From the IMG/VR virus record IMGVR_UViG_3300035208_006730: DNA of 64,000 nucleotides; one strand, given 5' to 3'. The number at the start of each line of letters is the position of its first letter. Position 1 is the first letter of the stretch. Positions 57,909 to 64,000 of the stretch are shown one piece after another. The DNA comes from a virus. Taxonomy: Duplodnaviria; Caudoviricetes. A model generated the notes under the pieces. The model searched no databases. It saw nothing but the letters and a program-made list of their open reading frames with translations, and was not told the origin of the DNA. Made by a program: the position numbers and the translations under genes.

Positions 57909-60900
57909 TCACTGATAAATCCCACTTACTGTATTATGCCATGGATCTAAGAAAACGATACCATTTAAAGCAGAAGCAAGAGTAATTCCAGAAGTTTTTA
58001 ATCTGAACCCAAGAGGTATTACACCTGAAGTAGTTTCAGCTGAAGAAACTTCAACTCTTCCAAGAGTTTCGCTATCAAGACTTCTCGTCCGATCAAAGTA
58101 GTCCTCAGGAGTTTCAGAATTAAACTTGTCAGATTCGATAAGATATTCTTCTTGAAGGTCTAGATCGACAAAAGAGCCACCAGAAATTAAAGAAGCTCTT
58201 TGAGTATTGTATTCTGTTTGATTGAGTGCACGTTGTAAAAGTCCTGACGGTAATGCCGATAAATCATCTGAAATGTAAACGCCATTCATAGAGTCTGGAA
58301 TAGTTATTTCGACAGTAATTTCATTTGAAGAAACCCAAACTCCTCGAGTTTCATTCCACGCTTTAGCTCGAAATTTAACATATCCATTGGTAGCCACAAA
58401 ATAACTTTTGAAATCTCCAGAATTAGTAATGGGATCTAATTCAACATCGTATCTAACAATAGTCGTATCGGAAAGAATTGTGATATTTGAAGGTTGTAAT
58501 ACAGTTACATTTGGAAAAGAACCTGTATGAGGATTAATAACATCTGGTTCTGAACTAGAGGTTAGAACTATCTTTTTAGCCCCAATTGCGATCTCACCAC
58601 TTCCATAGACTGTAGGAGTAGGCAGTTGATTTGCTAAACGATAATTTCCTTCTTCATCTCGCTCTGTTGCAAAATCAGAATAACTAATTTGCTCTTCTAG
58701 AAGGTAGTCCGCATAATAGTCATTCAGCTTATTTACAGGTATTCCAAGAACATCATCTTCTTTAAGAACCTGGTAAAGATAGAGAGGAGAATCAAGAGTT
58801 GCAACTAATCTATCAAAATAAAGATCAGTTGAACCTAGATTGGCTCCAATAATTGCAGTTGCTTTTCCTAAAGAATCAATAGAAGTTGGAGGAGAATAAA
58901 TTGCAAAAGCTTTTCCCTGATAATTTGTAACAGCCGTAATAGATGTTTCGTCTTCTCCAAATGAACCAACTGGAATACCTATCATTTCGAAAATAACTTC
59001 ATGACCTTCTATTAATTCGTCGTCTTCTCCAGTAACATCACAGGTCAAGCGAGAGAAGAGATTTCCTAGCTCAAGAGGTCCAAAAACTCCTAAGGAAGTT
59101 TCTGTTAATTCTGAGGATAAAGTTAGAGATAAAGGTTCTTGATCTTTGTTGCGCAAATGAACAAATCCTTTAGGAGCTATGCCCGTCAAAGGATTAATGT
59201 CAGTTCTAGTCTCTAAGAAATGGTCGGTTGTTTTTTCAACTTCATAATCAACTTGAACTCCACGTTTGTATCTTATCGCAGCTCGATGACCAAGAGAAAG
59301 AAAGTTCTTTGTTTCATAAACACCGCCAAAAGAACGATGTTCAAATGTCGATAAAAATATCGTAGTTGGACTGTCAATATTCATTACGTCTGGAGCTATT
59401 TCTAAATAAACATTTTGAGTAACTACTCCCGAATAAGTAAGAGAACATTCAAACCAATTATAACCAACATCACCACTTGGAATATCATCTACAACCCATT
59501 GAATAGCTTCGCGTGGTTCAACCGTTGTAGAGCTAACTCTAATACCAGAAGAAGTCCATAGATATTCACAGTATCCCAATTGTCCAAGATTAGTAATTCT
59601 AAGTGTTCCAGAAACAGTTAGATCATCTGTGTAAATTTTTATATTATTGCATTCTGATGATGTATCGGAAAATCCTATAAAAAATGAAATTTCATGCATT
59701 ATTCCGCTATTCGAAGCAGTCACATCTCCATAAGCCCAATAATCTTCTGTGAGCCCAAGTGTTGTATCAAAATTAAAAAGATAAACATTAGAACAACCAC
59801 TTGGAGGTAGTATATAATAATCATCTCCCCAGTCTGATGAAGCATCGATTTTTTCATCATTACCAGAACCGCTAGTCCAAGTTAAAGGATCACTTAATTC
59901 GTTTGTATCTGGAGAAGGAGTCGTTGAATCATATTCTTTAAAAGTTCTACTACCAAAAGTTATTTCTCCAATATCAATATCTACTAAACATTCGTATGAG
60001 CTGAGTGTTACTTGATTATCTGTTTGAAGCACTGGTGTCCATTCAGTAATACTCGATTGTACTCCTGAGATTGTTTCCCAGTAGGTATAGATCGATAGAT
60101 TAGAAGAGATGAGTGGCGCAAAATGTGTTTTAAACTTTTGGTTAGCACAACCAGTTCCTGTTCCAAGATATTCATACCAATCCAACAGTCCGCTTACCTC
60201 GGTATCTTCCCAACAATTCCATCGATAGTCGCCATTTAGAATAATCTGAGGAGGCAAAATTCCACTAACAGAAGTGCTCCAATCTAAAATAAATTCAGGT
60301 TCGACCTGCTGAACGTTGGCCCAAATTAAAAGTCCAGTTTCATCTCGAACGTCGAGCATTTCTCCAGAAACAATCGTTCCAGAAAAATCGTCTACTTTTC
60401 TGAATATCTGATCTTCAATAAGAAATCCATTTTCATTTCTAAAATTATGAACAAGGATAGGAATGGTCGGTTTAGGAATTTCACTTAATGTCTTGATTTG
60501 AAAGTTTCCAGTATCTAAAGAATCAGTAAAAAACTCAGTTGCTATACCATCTGAAAATAGATAATGTTCATCTTTATAGATGTAAAAAAAACCATGATTT
60601 ATTTTCGGTAACCATTTTTCAGATTCATTAATTGATTGTTTTTCAAGACTAATTAAAGAAAGATCGTCACCATAACCAATTCCAGATTTCCATTTGGTTT
60701 TATCGGTATTAAAGAGAGATAGATCAAAGATTAAAGGGATAAAAGATTCTTCGTTAACCTCTTCATTTCTTGGCCAAGAAGCAATGTCCCACTTCCATCC
60801 TTCAATTTTGTTTCCTGTTCCAGGATGAGGAACTGAAGTAAACTTCGAATCAAAACCTACAGTTGTATCTATTCCTACAGAATTATAACTGTCTAGAACA

Positions 60901-60929
60901 ATATCAAATCTTTTTAAATAGAGTCCCAT
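57909..60929 (-). CDS. Large virion/baseplate protein with Ig-like segment
   Basis: VDIDIGEITFG baseplate module; Big_1-like GHEVIFE...TNYQGKA; S/T/G rich. Confidence 0.7.
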   Translation of the reverse strand: MGLYLKRFDIVLDSYNSVGIDTTVGFDSKFTSVPHPGTGNKIEGWKWDIASWPRNEEVNEESFIPLIFDLSLFNTDKTKWKSGIGYGDDLSLISLEKQSINESEKWLPKINHGFFYIYKDEHYLFSDGIATEFFTDSLDTGNFQIKTLSEIPKPTIPILVHNFRNENGFLIEDQIFRKVDDFSGTIVSGEMLDVRDETGLLIWANVQQVEPEFILDWSTSVSGILPPQIILNGDYRWNCWEDTEVSGLLDWYEYLGTGTGCANQKFKTHFAPLISSNLSIYTYWETISGVQSSITEWTPVLQTDNQVTLSSYECLVDIDIGEITFGSRTFKEYDSTTPSPDTNELSDPLTWTSGSGNDEKIDASSDWGDDYYILPPSGCSNVYLFNFDTTLGLTEDYWAYGDVTASNSGIMHEISFFIGFSDTSSECNNIKIYTDDLTVSGTLRITNLGQLGYCEYLWTSSGIRVSSTTVEPREAIQWVVDDIPSGDVGYNWFECSLTYSGVVTQNVYLEIAPDVMNIDSPTTIFLSTFEHRSFGGVYETKNFLSLGHRAAIRYKRGVQVDYEVEKTTDHFLETRTDINPLTGIAPKGFVHLRNKDQEPLSLTLSSELTETSLGVFGPLELGNLFSRLTCDVTGEDDELIEGHEVIFEMIGIPVGSFGEDETSITAVTNYQGKAFAIYSPPTSIDSLGKATAIIGANLGSTDLYFDRLVATLDSPLYLYQVLKEDDVLGIPVNKLNDYYADYLLEEQISYSDFATERDEEGNYRLANQLPTPTVYGSGEIAIGAKKIVLTSSSEPDVINPHTGSFPNVTVLQPSNITILSDTTIVRYDVELDPITNSGDFKSYFVATNGYVKFRAKAWNETRGVWVSSNEITVEITIPDSMNGVYISDDLSALPSGLLQRALNQTEYNTQRASLISGGSFVDLDLQEEYLIESDKFNSETPEDYFDRTRSLDSETLGRVEVSSAETTSGVIPLGFRLKTSGITLASALNGIVFLDPWHNTVSGIYQ

Positions 60930-61835
60930 TTATTTGCCCCAGTATACAGAAGATACAGAGTGTAGTTCATTAATCAAATCTAATCCAAGAATTGAAGGAA
61001 TAGTATCAATATCTTCATTATACTGATTTGTTACGGTTTCAAAAAGTTTATGTTTAAACGGTTCTTTTTGTAGATTGTGAAGAATAACTGGACTCGCCTG
61101 AATCATTTTTGGGTCGTCGTAATACCAGTAACCAGCTTTTGATCCTGGAGCTGGAGCGTCCCAACAAACAATTACTCCGTGATCAAAATCAACCCAATAT
61201 TGACCAGCATGCAAGACCAAGTTTTCTGTAGCAACTCTATCGTTCAGATTCGGACTAACAAGATTAAACGTTCCTGGAATGATATGATCTTCTCTTAGTT
61301 GCACTCTATTCGAAGAAGTTGAGACATCTTCTGAGATAACAAGACCTGCGGTATTCTGATTAAAGATACATTCAGATCTCATCCACCGATCAGCAGTTGA
61401 TTCTAGAGTTGCAGTAAAGTATGGAGTAGCATTAATCGTATCGACCAGACCACCAAGAAACCATTCTGAAGCAGTTCTTATGTGTCTATCTATCTCGAGA
61501 TAAACTTCGTAATTTTCTGGATCAACATTCGAAATTAAATAGACCATATTGTCGTCAAATTTAATGGCCGGAGCATCAAGAAGATACTCTCCATCAGAAT
61601 CTTTTGTGCATTCTATTGTCATTACGTTAGAAATAGATAATCCTAATTCTCTAGTGATACCGTAAATTAAACCAAGATATGTTGAGTTTGCCTTATTGAC
61701 TCGAGAATCGAGAAGTCGTCTTTTATATTCCCTATTTGTTTCGCCTTGAAGTCTCTTCACATTCAGAATCAGATCTCCATGTTGATCTAATTCATTGTAA
61801 ACATTATGAAGTTGTGGCGTAAAAGTTTGAACCAT
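60930..61835 (-). CDS. Baseplate wedge-like protein
   Basis: LDQHG...RLQGETNREYKRRL...ST..GL pattern; YWVDFDHGVI module. Confidence 0.65.
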   Translation of the reverse strand: MVQTFTPQLHNVYNELDQHGDLILNVKRLQGETNREYKRRLLDSRVNKANSTYLGLIYGITRELGLSISNVMTIECTKDSDGEYLLDAPAIKFDDNMVYLISNVDPENYEVYLEIDRHIRTASEWFLGGLVDTINATPYFTATLESTADRWMRSECIFNQNTAGLVISEDVSTSSNRVQLREDHIIPGTFNLVSPNLNDRVATENLVLHAGQYWVDFDHGVIVCWDAPAPGSKAGYWYYDDPKMIQASPVILHNLQKEPFKHKLFETVTNQYNEDIDTIPSILGLDLINELHSVSSVYWGK

Positions 61836-61865
61836 TATTATCTCCCAACCACTAGAATAACACGC

Positions 61866-63470
61866 TTACGGAAGAACTGAAATGCTTTCGTAGGGCTCTC
61901 TGAGAAAAATCTTTTTATTTTCAAAGTCTATCATCATTACGTCATGGTGAGTATTGATTTGGAAAAATCCAGAAGTTGTTTCTACCCAAAGACGTTGGTC
62001 AGAGTCAAAAGTAATTCCAGTGGGAGTTCCAAGTAATCCAGATACAGTTGTTAGATCAAAAGACTTGAGAGCGACCTTTAAATCAATAATGAATCCACGT
62101 TTTTGACGAAGAAGAGATCCATCATTTAGATAGACCTCAAAACTGATAAAATATTCTCCAAGTTGATTTGGTTCAAATACGAATGGAGAATCAACTTGAT
62201 ATCGATAACTGTCTGTATAGTTCCAGTCATCTGTAACAAAGGTAATTGTATCTCCACCTAGAATGCCCGACTGAGTTCCATCTGGACAGTCAAGCCAAAC
62301 ACGATACCGATCAATTGGATAAAACTGATCTGGATTTATAAACTGAACCGTTACTGAATCTCCACGAGCGATGTGATAGAAGTCAGCAACAATCTCATGT
62401 CTTGAATCCTGATCTATTTCGTTCAGAGCATCAGTATCTTCTATCATGGTTAAATAATTATCAAAGACATAAAGTTTGGATGCGCTCAATCCCCAAATCC
62501 AATCCGAAAATGGTTGCTGAGCAATATCTAAAACATTGATGTTATTGCTGGATTCGTCAAGAAGTTCAAATTGTATTTCAGTGTAAAGACTAAAAATACC
62601 ATCAAGCATTTGTCGAACGTCATCTGTTGAGTATTTAATATAGTTTAGAAAACTTGTAGACCCAGAAGTAACTCCCCAAAATGTATCTATCTTTTTTCGT
62701 TGGTCTGAATAGGAAATGTTCCAAATATCGACGTATGGACTGCCATTAAAATCTGCTGAAACTACATCGATTAGAACTCCTGAGGGCATATCAAAACAGT
62801 CAACTTTGTAGACCGTATCCCATTCCTTCTGGGTTCTTTGCTTCATGTCCCAAGGAAATGGAATCGTTTCTTGTTCGAGAGTTCCTTTTCTTGTCTTTCC
62901 TGTGATCTGAACAAGTGGGCGTCGAAAAATTTCTTCATCATCGACTCTAATATACTGTTCTCCACCGACACAATCAACCCACAGATAATTGGGAATAAAA
63001 GAAGTAACTGTACCTGAAAATGGAGCATCCTCAATATCTGAACTACTTAAAATCGTATAGGTTCCGGTAGCAATATCTCCAATAGAAATACGATCTGGAA
63101 GATGGGTATACCAAAACTCTTCAAGATTATTTTTTTCTGCTAGAGATATTTGATAATAACTCCCATCGAGTAGACCACTCGCTGTAGGGGCTTCGTCGAC
63201 TTCATTAAATGGGTCAAGACTATTCGTTGAAAATTCAAAATCTAAACCGAGATCGACTCTATAGATCCAATCGATTTCATTGAGATTTGCGGTAGTAAGA
63301 TGAAGATTAGCACTATTCCTAATAATTTCTTTTTCAAGCTTTTCTGTAGGAACTGCAATAGAGTTCAAAAGACGATGACCCACAGACTGTTCATCATTCT
63401 GAACTTTTGACCAATAAGGGAATACATTGGCCATCTCTCTTGTGACAGGAGATAATCGTTTAGACATCAT
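61866..63470 (-). CDS. Virion/baseplate structural protein (ORF open to 63557)
   Basis: GAGGGA RBS before MMSKRLSP; acidic and beta-rich; follows the baseplate J-like gene. Confidence 0.7.
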   Translation of the reverse strand: MMSKRLSPVTREMANVFPYWSKVQNDEQSVGHRLLNSIAVPTEKLEKEIIRNSANLHLTTANLNEIDWIYRVDLGLDFEFSTNSLDPFNEVDEAPTASGLLDGSYYQISLAEKNNLEEFWYTHLPDRISIGDIATGTYTILSSSDIEDAPFSGTVTSFIPNYLWVDCVGGEQYIRVDDEEIFRRPLVQITGKTRKGTLEQETIPFPWDMKQRTQKEWDTVYKVDCFDMPSGVLIDVVSADFNGSPYVDIWNISYSDQRKKIDTFWGVTSGSTSFLNYIKYSTDDVRQMLDGIFSLYTEIQFELLDESSNNINVLDIAQQPFSDWIWGLSASKLYVFDNYLTMIEDTDALNEIDQDSRHEIVADFYHIARGDSVTVQFINPDQFYPIDRYRVWLDCPDGTQSGILGGDTITFVTDDWNYTDSYRYQVDSPFVFEPNQLGEYFISFEVYLNDGSLLRQKRGFIIDLKVALKSFDLTTVSGLLGTPTGITFDSDQRLWVETTSGFFQINTHHDVMMIDFENKKIFLREPYESISVLP

Positions 63471-64000
63471 ATCCCTCGATGGCAACTTGAATAGGATCTC
63501 CAACTGAACCGTCGAAAATAATAACCCGTTCATTAGCTTTTGTTGAATAATCTCCAATTAGTCCACTACTTGGATCTATTAATGTTTCTCTAACGTAATT
63601 ATCAAGAAGACGAGTTTGCTTGTGGGTATACATCCAAGTTATTGGCTTTGTTGGAGTGCCAACAGTTTTGATTCTACCATCTAGTCCCATAACAATTTGA
63701 GTGAATTTATTGACGATAATAGATTCTCCAATATCGGTATTATTTACATAGTTGGTTAGGGTTTGCTTACCGTTTGTAATAATATTCAATGCATCTTGAA
63801 TTGGTATCACTTCTCTCAATTGAATATCAACTTTGAATGTTAATCCGACTTCAATTGGTCTCTTTGCTATTGGAGAAGCTCCTTGAGCTGTTGCTCCATC
63901 AACTGCAAATTGAACTGCAGTAAGAAGTCCATCAGTACATCTAGGAGCTATAGATTTTACAAGAAGATCAAATGTAGATAGACCTCGAGCATAAGGTTCC
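63460..64000 (-). CDS. Baseplate J-like protein, C-terminal part (runs off the window)
   Basis: Frame open to the edge: EPYARGLSTFDLLV...AVQFAVD...P..V...NYVNNTDIGE, typical of gpJ C-termini. Confidence 0.7.
   Translation of the reverse strand, partial: EPYARGLSTFDLLVKSIAPRCTDGLLTAVQFAVDGATAQGASPIAKRPIEVGLTFKVDIQLREVIPIQDALNIITNGKQTLTNYVNNTDIGESIIVNKFTQIVMGLDGRIKTVGTPTKPITWMYTHKQTRLLDNYVRETLIDPSSGLIGDYSTKANERVIIFDGSVGDPIQVAIEGYDV

Noticed and set aside
460-63034. Short antisense or nested ORFs in the track (e.g. 460-882, 4576-4981, 16610-16951, 22289-22657, 31394-31711, 44656-44907)
   Set aside because: They lie inside well-supported genes and show no motifs; treated as shadow ORFs.
1-64000. 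Stop-codon reassignment
   Set aside because: Long genes are intact in the standard code and TAA, TAG and TGA all end well-defined genes.
1-64000. tRNA or other structured RNA genes
   Set aside because: Intergenic gaps are short and no cloverleaf or T-loop context was recognised; a covariance-model search was not possible.

Overview
64-kb segment of a large, AT-rich tailed bacteriophage genome (likely a jumbo myovirus), standard genetic code, almost fully coding; no tRNA, rRNA or CRISPR array seen. 1-18.8 kb (+): recombination/replication and nucleotide genes (recA, thyX, DHH phosphoesterase, DnaE split into a PHP gene and a polymerase gene with two inteins, metallophosphoesterase, HD hydrolase) plus an inserted fibre/LamG island. 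18.8-23.8 kb (-): nucleases, an orphan DUF3037, an amidase and a membrane protein. 23.8-30.4 kb (+): holin-like genes, a Cas4-like nuclease and an intein-containing primase-helicase. 30.4-64 kb (-): one tightly packed run in which baseplate/fibre genes lead directly into a cytoplasmic glycan cluster (GT9, two GT4, a GT-A-like protein, Gmd, WbqC, GNAT, DegT/VioA aminotransferase, two methyltransferases, a GH-like propeller). The best candidate for an undescribed system is phage-encoded, motif-directed virion O-glycosylation: the structural proteins next to the glycan cluster carry a recurrent T-x-S-G motif (TVSG nine times, with varied codons; TVSG not seen in the other ORFs). There are five inteins, two in unusual hosts (Gmd and a GT4). 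All calls come from motif recognition by eye; no searches were run.
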